Assembly: GCA_040437565.1 (NCBI GenBank)
Contig: JBDOQK010000061.1
Location: forward strand, 62,001 to 126,000
Reading direction: 5' to 3'
Length of the DNA stretch: 64,000 bases
From: Albugo candida
Taxonomy: Eukaryota
Position numbers and translations under genes: made by a program. Shown piece by piece: positions 1 to 10,630 of the stretch. Below the pieces are notes generated by a model that did no database searches, was not told the origin of the DNA, and saw only the letters and a list, made by a program, of their open reading frames with translations. The stretch's first letter is position 1, and each line of letters opens with the position of its first letter.

Positions 1-953
1 CGTCATCTGATACGATATACATCAAAGTGTTACAAATTGCAGCCGTGAGCGATCCCGCGCATGACTCTGATTACTTGACCAAAAGCTTTCTTGAAAGCCA
101 GGAACTACACAATTTCTTTTTATCGCGCCCGACAAATTGCTCACAGGTTCCGAATGACGTGAGAAACAGTCACATTGATCACACATTTCCGGCAAAAGCG
201 GTGTTTGATGGGGTTAAGAATTTTACAAACAAAGTAATGCAATCGTCAGTGACGCAAACACTACAAAAACAGTCGCAGAAAGTATGGGGAAAAGTTGTAT
301 CGTCGAATTTCACAGTGCACAATGTGTCGGCGCGGCCTGCAGCTGCGGCTTTGACTCAGCTCGTAGATCTATCAATTGCAGCATCAACAAGCACTCACCC
401 GAACAACATGGAGCACGTACGTTATCTAGAGCGATTATGGATTGCAGGCTCCGATCAACAACCCTTTCAACTGCGTGGTCCATCTTGGAGTAGACTTGGT
501 TTCCAGACGGATGACCCATTTTGTGAAGCAAAATTCTTATTGCAGCTGCAATGTATGGTATACTTTCTTGAAGTTCATCACTCAAGCGCACTCAGCATCA
601 TCAATGAGCAAAGTGCGCGCTACAAAAATGATCTTCCTTCGTATAGTTTGGCTTTCTTGGCCTTGAGGATTGCACAGCTCCTCTGTGACATACTGATGCT
701 ACAAGACCAAGAGTTTGTGACTGCTGAACGACCTTATTGGTGCTTGTTTGAAGACAAAGTGGCTTTCTTTGAGCTTGCCAGTATAATGTTTCTTGCATTT
801 GACCAATCATGGAGATCACAAGCGCATGAGTGTCCAGAAATAGGCGCCCATTTGGATGGTACGGCGAATTGCGCTTTAGAATTACTTCGACGTGGTCCTA
901 AATCAGTTGCATCGCTTGTCGACATTGCCCATACTTTACAAATCTTGCAGTGA
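1..953 (+). CDS. ELMO/CED-12 domain protein, 5'-partial (possibly preceded by a PX domain)
   Basis: ORF 27-953 has LERLW...WSRLGFQTDDP...LQCMVYF...YSLAFLALRIAQLL, matching the ELMO-domain pattern (WxxLGFQxxDP). The frame is open to the window edge. Confidence 0.7.
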   Translation, partial: SSDTIYIKVLQIAAVSDPAHDSDYLTKSFLESQELHNFFLSRPTNCSQVPNDVRNSHIDHTFPAKAVFDGVKNFTNKVMQSSVTQTLQKQSQKVWGKVVSSNFTVHNVSARPAAAALTQLVDLSIAASTSTHPNNMEHVRYLERLWIAGSDQQPFQLRGPSWSRLGFQTDDPFCEAKFLLQLQCMVYFLEVHHSSALSIINEQSARYKNDLPSYSLAFLALRIAQLLCDILMLQDQEFVTAERPYWCLFEDKVAFFELASIMFLAFDQSWRSQAHECPEIGAHLDGTANCALELLRRGPKSVASLVDIAHTLQILQ

Positions 954-3003
954 GACGACCCATGGCTCCAGACCCGAAATGATCGCTCCCTTTGCGAAAA
1001 TATACGCTCCGATCTGATGAATCATTCATTGGTTGGCCATAAGCTGATCATGACGATCAAGCTTCTCAGAAGCTCTCTACAATGCGGAGGATTGATCTAC
1101 TGACTTGTAGTTGTGGAAACGCAGAGGTCTCGTTTTTGTGTTGAGGATATCAGATGATCTGAAAGACAGAATTGAGAATTGCGCAAGTTGACTGTACACG
1201 ACCAAATGTATTTCATGATGCTCTAAAATCACTTCGTGATTGTTCGAATTTTGATTCCATTGTTCGAGTGTCACTAAAGTACGAGTTATCACAGCCCGAG
1301 CTAATGATTGTTGAGGAGATGCCGAATTGCCAGACGGTAGATACTATCGATAGACTCCCTACAGCGGTAACCANNNNNNNNNNNNNNNNNNNNNNNNNNN
1401 NNNNNNNNNNNNNNNNNNNNNNNNNNNNNNNNNNNNNNNNNNNNNNNNNNNNNNNNNNNNNNNNNNNNNNNNNTGGTTACCGCTGTAGGGAGTCTATCGA
1501 TAGTATCTACCGTCTGGCAATTCGGCATCTCCTCAACAATCATTAGCTCGGGCTGTGATAACTCGTACTTTAGTGACACTCGAACAATGGAATCAAAATT
1601 CGAAAAATCACTTCGTGATTGTTCGAATTTTGATTCCATTGTTCGAGTGTCACTAAAGTACGAGTTATCACAGCCCGAGCTAATGATTGTTGAGGAGATG
1701 CCGAATTGCCAGACGGTAGATACTATCGATAGACTCCCTACAGCGGTAACCAGATTTATAACATTCTATCATGTATCGTATGAGATCCGACATCGAGCTT
1801 TGAGACTGTCGTAAGAGAAACGACGCAAAGTGTTTGCCCAGAAGTGAATAGATCCCAACAAGTACCCAACGATGCTCAAATCCTTTCCATGTACCGGCAA
1901 GAAATTGCAGGGTGGGTCTCAAAACGTGCAGTGGATAGCGTATTGGGCTTGTCAATTCAAACCCAAAAAGATAGAAGAAATAGAATCATATCATATTTGA
2001 GCCATATTCGTACGCAGTCTCTTGACAGCTTTTGTGCAAAAACTTGACTGTGTATATTGCGTCATCTGCGCTTATATATCTCACATGCCAGTTGACTGAG
2101 TAGATCGACGCTATGATCTTATGCTTTAGACAATCTCGGGTCTCGTGCATGTCTTGGTGCTGTGATATATATAAATACTAATCGGTTGAACACATGGAAC
2201 TAGATTCTATAAGCTATTTTGTCCGTACGTTTACCAACAAGTAATCGCTGAAGTTTCAAGCCATGCACGTTCGTTCAACCATATAATCGACTTCTTAGAG
2301 TGACAGAGAAACGCAGATATCACACAATGTCTTGAATGGCTCTGATGTGAGAGAACGCCAGCCCTCATATCACTCACTTCACACTGTTTGAGCACATACT
2401 GAAGCGGTGACAGGGAGTCAGCTGACAGTAGACTAAACTGGATGCAGATGACTTCCATATCTCGTAACTTTCTCGTGAATGACTTGTCTGACCATTGCAA
2501 TTAAATTCCATTGTTATGTCAGGTGCAGCTATCAACAATTCAAACGCCAGGACATGCCAATTTTGTTCCAACGAAATCGAAATAAACTTGGCCAGTCCGA
2601 ATTGCCGAGTAAATTATGCTGGGTTCTTGCGAATACATCCGCTATCCAATACTGCTAATGCAAAGAAGCTTCTGCTCGAAAAAGGGACCACAAATACGGT
2701 ACACGATGAAGGAACTGTTGAATTTGGCTGAAGCCTACAGTGATGACGAAAGCGCTGGCAATATCTCGAATTCATCAGTTTTAAACGGTTCTAATTTAGT
2801 CAGAGTGCACTTCAACAGCATCGCCTGGTTCAAAATCCATTTTGTGTCTTTGGTTGATTTTTGGACTTGATCTTTGCTTAACTGCAGCATCACGGAAAGC
2901 ACTCTGTATTGGGTGCATGCAATTTAGTAAAAGGAATGTATGTCTTAGTGGCCAGGAAATCGGGAGCTGCGTTTACACAGCGATCTTTAAACTAAAAGTA
3001 AAT

Positions 3004-4996
3004 CTAACGACTTGATTGAGCTTCATTTCCATTAAGAAGCACTTTTGACCGAAGCGCAAGTGAAATCTATTCCGAGAAGCCAATCGTAAGCAATCCGAGT
3101 ATGACGGAAGATGATGGTGACACTGGTCGAATTATTTGAGTCCTTAACGAGCTCAGATCTTGTGAACTCATGCGACGCTCGAATATTGACTCTTGCTCGT
3201 TGTTCTGAATTGGAATCAAATGCTTCCTGAAATGTATGTTTTCAATTTCGAACGAGTTGGACGCACATTCATTTAATTCTACCATTCACTGAGAGAGACT
3301 TTACGCCCAAAAGTTCACGAAGTAGCTAGATATAGAGAGGGAGAAAATGATAAAGTTTGCGCCCTCGACCATTTCAGCATTTCCGTCTGCAATGTTCAGG
3401 AATACGTTTTTGAGGGAATTTCCGGAGCTTATCTGTGTCTGAATGCGTAATGCTGCCAAATGAAACACTCATTGGATTTTCTTCAAGTATTTCAGCATTG
3501 TCTTCCGGCGCTTTTTAAAAATTCAATTGGGCAGTAGGAACGATATACTGCATGCATAATACCGGTTTTCTTTGTTTCGACCATTGTGGTCTCGTTGGAA
3601 TCAGTGCTTTAGTACCCGAAGGTACGCTTATGGCAATTTCCACAGGTGCTTCTGGCTGCACGACAACGCTGTTTGATTCGGAAAAAAATTACTTGTCTTG
3701 CGCTGCTTTCCTTCTTTTGCGCATGACCACCATTCGTTGGTACACGACTGGACGGAGGAGTTGTTACTTCTCTCACCACGCTTAAAGCGAGAAGTGATGG
3801 GGTGTTCTTCTCCTGTCTTTCTGGAATTGATGCATACAAACGTTCCCACACCGGTACTTGGATGTGCGCTAAAAACAATAACGTGATACGAATTCTTGTA
3901 TTGAATAAAAAACACCAATAAGACTGAACCTTGTTCGTAGGCTTTGACGGAATTGTTTTCGTGGCACAACCCTGCGCGACAGCAAATGCAAATTAGTACA
4001 ATGGAAAACAATACGAATAATGTAAATGCCTTGCACGGACGATGGTTAGGTATAACCGAACTTTTCACGTCCTTCGTGATGTTATTCTTGGTGATTATTT
4101 CGACAAGGGNNNNNNNNNNNNNNNNNNNNNNNNNNNNNNNNNNNNNNNNNNNNNNNNNNNNNNNNNNNNNNNNNNNNNNNNNNNNNNNNNNNNNNNNNNN
4201 NNNNNNNNNTTGGGCAGTAGGAACGATATACTGCATGCATAATACCGGTTTTCTTTGTTTCGACCATTGTGGTCTTGTTGGAATCAGCGCTTTAGTACCC
4301 GAAGGTACGCTTATGGCAATTTCCACAGGTGCTTCTGGCTGCACGACAACGCTGTTTAATTCGGAAAAAAATTACTTGTTCTTGCGCTGCTTTCCTTCTT
4401 GTGCGCATGACCACCATTCGTTGGTACACGACTGGACGGAGGAGTTGTTACTTCTCTCACCGCGCTTAAAGCGAGAAGTGATGGGGTGTTCTTCTTCTGT
4501 CTTTCTGGAATTGATACACACAAACGTTCCCACACCGGTACTTGGATGTGCGCTACAAACAATAACGTGATACGAATTCTTGTATTGGATAAAAAACACC
4601 AATAAGACTGAACCTTGTTCGTAGGCTTTGACGGAATTGTTTTGGTGACACAACCCTGCGCGACAGCAAATGCAAATGAGTACAATAGAAAACAATACGA
4701 ATAATGTAAATGCCTTGCGCGGACGATGGTTAGGTATAACCCACCTTTTCACGTCCTTCGTGATGTTATTCTTGGTGATTGTTTCGACAAGGGTTGCTTT
4801 TCTTGCTTGTCGATAGAGTCGCTCAGAGACACTTACCATCTTCTTTTTTGCTCTCGTTGGAGTTTTAAGACTCACCTTGTGTTGTGACGCTTTGGTAAGC
4901 AAGCTTTTCACATTTCCCTCACTGCGCGGCCTAGTTGTAATGTTGAAAGAATTGGAATTTGGATCCAGCAATTTTATGCAATGCTTTTGGAAACAT
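3004..4996 (-). pseudogene. Frameshifted paralog of the 8127-9439 gene; its central part is duplicated across the gap
   Basis: Reverse complement gives MFPKALHK..., VSVSERLYRQARK, VPVWERL and PERQKKNTPS, collinear with 8127-9439 including introns. Frameshifts are present. 3528-4109 is repeated at 4210-4790. Confidence 0.7.
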
Positions 4997-5031
4997 TTAT
5001 GCGTTATAGCGTTGTTTTTGTGGGTTGTTTT

Positions 5032-5343
5032 TGTTGGAAGATGGTGTCCGATTAAGTGGGATGTTGCCAGGTCTTCAGCCGCCTCGGTGACACTGTCTGT
5101 CGGCATCTGCTGGTTTGAGTACAGCAGGCGACAGGCGAGAGAGGTTAGGGTGTGAAAGGAAGGAGCTTGCCTAGTTGTAGGGGTAAAACGTTGGTTTCAC
5201 ACGCACTCCGCTAAAAATACTTCTTTGGACCACGCAGTCTCGCGTAAATAGGTTATGAGCCCAATGGACGGCCAAGAGGAGTTCAGAGGCACCACTCCAG
5301 ATCACGCAAGGTATGCATGCAGGGAGGATGCGCAGGTGACTCG
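5032..5343 (+). mobile_element. Ty1/copia 5' LTR (5032-5250) with PBS and gag start, truncated by the gap
   Basis: Starts TGTTGG and is followed by GGTTATGAGCCCA at 5251, the same PBS as the other copia copies in the window. Similar to the solo LTR at 5525-6838. Confidence 0.7.
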
Positions 5344-5524
5344 NNNNNNNNNNNNNNNNNNNNNNNNNNNNNNNNNNNNNNNNNNNNNNNNNNNNNNNNN
5401 NNNNNNNNNNNNNNNNNNNNNNNNNNNNNNNNNNNNNNNNNNNGCGCCGAAAGGATATGAACTTGAGACTTCTAGAGCAGCTGAACTTCTGTGTTAAAGA
5501 TGGACCAATGGGAGCACATGAAGT

Positions 5525-6838
5525 TGCTGGAAGATGGTGCCTGATCGAGTGAGATCTTGCCAGTTCTTCGGCCGTATCGGTGACACTTTCTAATAGAATC
5601 TGTTGTTTTGAGTACGGCAGGCGACGGGCGATAGTGATTAGGGTGTGAAAAGACGTAGGTACGGCTAAAACTTGGTAAATAGAGCACTCTATAGGGCAAG
5701 ACACTTATAACCGACGCCCCCCTATTTATGCGGCCAAATTTCAAAATTGTTATTTCTTGCAGCCTATACTTCTAACGTGCAAATAACCGTTCTTTTGGCC
5801 AGTCAAGAGTAGTGTATGTAGGTAGGTTTTACAATCGCCATATCACTTCAGAGGTTGATATCGCCCTCCGTATTTTTTTTGCACTTGAAGCTTCCCAAAG
5901 TAACCATGCCACGTCTAAAAAACAAAGGAAACACTTGTACATGGCATCAATACTTGCTGCGGAGAACAAGAAACAAAAAATTGAAGGACATGACGTGCAT
6001 AAATTTGAAAGTAGCAGCGCCTCAGTAAAAATGAATCACAGATGAAGAGCGAAAATGAAGTGGAAGATGATGACATGATTGTTGGAAATATTGAGAGAGC
6101 TTTCGTTCCAGTGTTAACTAACGAGAGCAACCGACCAGTGCGGTATCTGGGAAATTCGTCACCTACAAAAAGGCGCAAGAAGTCGGTGCTGAAGGATGCT
6201 GCCAGAGGCACCAAGCCGTTGACGGAATACTGGACACTGACACCAATGTTTACAGAAGCTGGTGCTGAAGTGGATGTGGATAATGATGAAGACGAGGGTA
6301 CTGAGTGGACCATAGCTGATATCAGTTTGGCAGTTGAGAATCTGAAAAGAATAAATCGAAAGCCAAACGGGAAGAACAATGCAGCACATGTGCGTGAAGC
6401 AGCTCTACTCGGCTTNNNNNNNNNNNNNNNNNNNNNNNNNNNNNNNNNNNNNNNNNNNNNNNNNNNNNNNNNNNNNNNNNNNNNNNNNNNNNNNNNNNNN
6501 NNNNNNNNNNNNNNNAATAAAAGAGTTCGGGCCCAATAATATTAAGTAATACAGGTTATTGATTTTCGGGCGGCCAAATATTGCTTGTCCCATTGAAAAT
6601 TGCCGAAATTGGCCGAGTTCAAGGCCCTACTGGTCCTACAAAAATAAAGTTACGAAGAATTGGCTTCCATTCTCTTACAGCGTAGCGTCTGTTCTTTAGT
6701 ACAATGGGATTCTTTTTTCTACATTAATCTTTTTCTGTGAAGAGAAAGAATTCTTGTCTACCGATTGAACGTGCTGGTTATAAGTGTCTTGCACTGTACT
6801 AAAAATACTTCTTTGGACTAGGCGGCCTCGATTCAACA
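5525..6838 (+). mobile_element. Solo copia LTR with 5-bp TSD GAAGT, split by a Tc1/mariner-like insertion
   Basis: TG...CA termini. GAAGT at 5520-5524 and 6839-6843. Both halves align with the 5032-5250 LTR (gcactc|ctaaaaatacttctttggac). Confidence 0.8.
5692..6796 (+). mobile_element. Tc1/mariner (IS630-like) DNA transposon remnant with 21-bp TIRs and TA TSD
   Basis: Left end TAGGGCAAGACACTTATAACC versus reverse-complemented right end CAGTGCAAGACACTTATAACC (2 mismatches). TA on both flanks. The internal ORF fragment 6042-6414 is a possible transposase N-terminus. Confidence 0.8.
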
Positions 6839-7290
6839 GAAGTGGCCAAGTTGAACCCGCACTTTGTCAAGGTACCAGCTTCCACTGATGGGAAGATCAG
6901 TATCGATACTTTCGATTGATCTGAAATATACAAGGGGCTTGGTGCTAAATTTGTACAATAGGGAAAGCTGTTGCTGGTTAAGATTGATTCGGCTGAACGG
7001 ATGTGTGGTTTTCGCTGGCTGGAGGAGTACAAGGTGTCGCGATTTGGAGAACTTTGCATGGAAGGCTGCAAGATGTTTCAACCAGCGCGTCCACAGTTGG
7101 TGGAGGATGAACCGACTCTTGTATTTTTTATGGATAAGACGGTGGGCTCGTCTCGAATTGTTTTTTCCAAGCAACAGACTTTCAAGCTTTNNNNNNNNNN
7201 NNNNNNNNNNNNNNNNNNNNNNNNNNNNNNNNNNNNNNNNNNNNNNNNNNNNNNNNNNNNNNNNNNNNNNNNNNNNNNNNNNNNNNNNNN

Positions 7291-7421
7291 GGCCGAAAGG
7301 ATCAACGAGTACCAAGCCAGATCTGTACGCATTTAAGTACATCAAAATGAAGGGGCAGGAACTGCTGAAACGAAGATGCGGGGCCTGCAAACAAGAAGTT
7401 TACAACAGGCGCACATGTTAA
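7291..7421 (+). mobile_element. Probable MULE-type transposase C-terminal fragment (zinc knuckle)
   Basis: PKGSTSTKPDLYAFKY...RRCGACKQEVYNRRTC resembles the GRPKG...RxCxxCxxxGHNxRTC tail of Mutator-like transposases. The upstream part is lost in the gap. Confidence 0.5.
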
Positions 7422-7450
7422 AATTAACAAAGCAAATCTGTAATTTAATT

Positions 7451-7577
7451 AAGGGGGTGTGGTGATACCGGCTCTCATTTAATTTTAATTTAGGGGGTGT
7501 AATGATACCGGCTCCCAATTATTCAGGATATTTAGGGGGTTGGCGATACCGGTGTTCTGATTTACGTTAGGGGGTTA
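7451..7577. repeat. Four AGGGGGT(N5)GATACCGG motifs at about 40-bp spacing
   Basis: Units start near 7452, 7492, 7534 and 7569 (last one partial), with AT-rich spacers. Confidence 0.75.
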
Positions 7578-8126
7578 AAAGAACACCTTACTGTAAACGT
7601 ACCTAATCTTGACACTAATGTCCTAAATAATTACCTTTTTAAGACCTTTTTGTTCGGTGGCTGACACTCGTCAGCCCCCAAAAACTGATAAGGTATTCCA
7701 ATATCTAAATCAATGGAAAAGCGTACCAAATGTGTACCACACTGTCATAACGGCTACCAACCGACGTGTAACCCCGGTACAGAATTGATTATTAATGAGC
7801 GAAAAATGGATGCGCTATCTATGAATATCAGCAAATCACATTAGTCCCCCTGATCGATGCTCGTATACTTCAATATTTACAAACATTTTGCTGTTTATGT
7901 TTATTAACCAATGCTGGCGATTAATCATGAAATTGGAAGAAAGAATAAGAATAGAATCAAGTCCAAGAAGTCGAATTCTCGTTCTTGATGGCGGATGATG
8001 GGGGATGATGAAGAATTCCTCAGAGAAAGCTTTCAATCAATCGGACGATTTGTATAAACCGTGAGGCCACTTCAAATTTTCTGAAAGAAACAACATAACA
8101 AAAAACAACTCCAAACTAACGCAAAA

Positions 8127-9439
8127 ATGTTTCCTAAAGCATTGCGAAAAGCTGCAGGATCTAAAATCCCAATCCTTACAACAGTACAACTACGCCGCGC
8201 ATCAGAGCGTAATGCGCAAAACTTGCTTATCGAAAACATTACCGAAAAACAGTCCAACATTCCGAAGCCGGCAAGCAAAGCTATCAACAACGGGGCTCAA
8301 CACAAGGTGAGTCTCAAAAAGTACAACGAAAGTGAAAAAAAGAAGACGGTGAGTGTCTTTGAGCGACTTTACCAACAAGCAAAGAAAGTGGCTCCTGTCG
8401 AAGCAATCACCAAGAGAGACACTACGAAGGACTTGCAAAAGTCGGATGTGCCAAATCGCCGTCCACGCAAGGTGCATTCATTTTTTGTTGTTTTGTATTG
8501 TACTCATTTCCATTTGCTGTTGCGTAGGCTACTGTCACCAAAACAAATCCGCCAAAGCCTACGAACAAGGTTTATTCTTTTTTGTGTTTTTATCCAATCC
8601 GAGAACTCATATCACATTTTGTTTGTAGCACACATCAAACGTACCGGTGTGGGAACGTTTGCATGCATTAGTTCCAGAAAGGCAGAAGAAGAACACGCCG
8701 TCACCTATCGTTTCAAGCGCGATGAGAAAATTGAAAAATCCTCCGTCCAGGCGTGTACCAGTGAATGGTGAACGTGCGCAAAAGAAAGTCGCTCTCAACG
8801 AAACAAACAGTGTTGTCTCGCAGCCAGAAGCATCTGTGGAAAGCGTCTCAAATGCACCATTGAATACTGAAAGCGCTGATTCGAATAAGGCCAATAAGGT
8901 CAACGCAAAATTGAAAAAGGGAAAAAAGGTCGTTATTGTGCAGACAGGAGCACTTGCGGAAATTGTCTCAAATGCACCATTGAACAACGAAACCGCTGAT
9001 CCAAGCAAGGCCAAAAAGGTTGAAGAAAAGCCACAGAATGGTCCAATTGGTGGGATTGACTTAGAAACAGCTCCGGAAATTGTTTTAAACGCATCTCTAA
9101 ACATTCCAAGTGGCAGTGCCGAAATGGCAGATCATGCAGTATTGGATGAATGTGTGCTCAGTTCATTAGAGATGAAAATGCATCCAACGGAGGAAAAATC
9201 CAAGTCCAACCCAGGCGATCCGACACGATTTAGTATAAGAGCTTTGCATGAATTGACAAAAATCGAGCTCGCTGAAGAATTGAAGAAGAATTCGGCAAGT
9301 CTCACCGTCATCATTTATCATGCTTGTATCACTTATCAAATCATTTTATGAATAGGATCCAATTGCGATTCGATCAAAAATGATTCTTGCTGAATTTGGT
9401 GCGTGGGCAGTTGAAACGGAGCTTCAATTGAGTCGTTAA
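8127..9439 (+). CDS. Basic, low-complexity protein with VFERLY/VWERLH motifs; multi-exon, family member
   Basis: ORFs 8127-8771 and 8647-9351 join through two GT-AG introns near 8472-8527 and 8570-8628. A last intron (GCAAGT...AATAG) restores the frame to TAA at 9437-9439. Confidence 0.6.
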
Positions 9440-9610
9440 AATCGCATCAAAGTTGTGATTACAGTAAAAGAAACTTGTAATTAATTCAAATCAACACGAT
9501 ATTATTGAAATTTATTTAATGTTTGATTATCACTGTGTAAAAAAGTCGCCCGGTTTCCTGTGTAATAGAAGCCCGCATACGAACCAGACATTTATCAGAG
9601 CTACGAAAAA

Positions 9611-10598
9611 ATGTTCAAGCAATGTATTCGCAAACTTGCTTTTTCGCATAATTCTTCCGCTAAGACTTCCATTCAATCGCTATCTCAATGTTTCAGTGCT
9701 TCCTGCTACGTATCGACCGACAGTAAGGCGGGATCAGAAGACAATGTCTTGATGAAAAAGCGAACAAAGCTCAAGATACCAACTAAGCGGTACATCTCTC
9801 AATTTATTGCATGCATTCAATCTGACTTTATTACAGGGCGGCTTTTCTGATGTTGCAATTGAACAACGAACAAGTTGAAAAGTCAATCAAAGACAAAAGC
9901 ATTGCGGATTTTAAACCGGGCGATGCTGTTGAAGTGCAATTTTTACTGAATAGGACCGTCGACAAGACACGCAAAACACGCGGTGTCGTCATCGCCCGAC
10001 GGAATCGAGGTGTCGCCAGCTCTTTCGTCATTCGGAATGTATGTGCATCACTGNNNNNNNNNNNNNNNNNNNNNNNNNNNNNNNNNNNNNNNNNNNNNNN
10101 NNNNNNNNNNNNNNNNNNNNNNNNNNNNNNNNNNNNNNNNNNNNNNNNNNNNNCATTCAATCTGACTTTATTACAGGGCGGCTTTTCTGATGTTGCAATT
10201 GAACAACGAACAAGTTGAAAAGTCAATCAAAGACAAAAGCATTGCGGATTTTAAACCGGGCGATGCTGTTGAAGTGCAATTTTTACTGAATAGGACCGTC
10301 GACAAGACACGCAAAACACGCGGTGTCGTCATCGCCCGACGGAATCGAGGTGTCGCCAGCTCTTTCGTCATTCGGAATGTATGTGCATCACTGTATCGCT
10401 GCAGCTAAATTCAACCATTCCTTTATCGAGCAGCATATTGGCGGTACCGGTTTCGAGCAAAAAATTTTTTTGCATTCGCCTTTACTTCAAAGCGTCAAAG
10501 TATTGCAGGAAGCATTTATTCACAAAGGTCGAAAGCGAGTGCGGAGAGCAAAACTGTATTACTTGCGGGACAAACGTCCAGGTCTTACGACAGTTTAA
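9611..10598 (+). CDS. MRPL19: Mitochondrial ribosomal protein bL19m (exon 2 duplicated across the gap)
   Basis: Presequence-like N-terminus. FKPGDAVEV...RGVVIARRNRGVASSFVIRN, EQKIFLHSP and VRRAKLYYLRD are L19 signatures. Two introns. Confidence 0.92.
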
Positions 10599-10630
10599 TG
10601 GACTCGCTCAAATAGAAATCGATTGAGTAC

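Noticed and set aside
9814-10393. Tandem duplication of bL19 exon 2 (likewise the ATP6AP2-like 3' half, an EXO1 exon, the CFAP36 internal repeat and 47455-48015)
   Set aside because: Identical or near-identical sequence directly abuts 100-N gaps, which is typical of unmerged contig overlaps.
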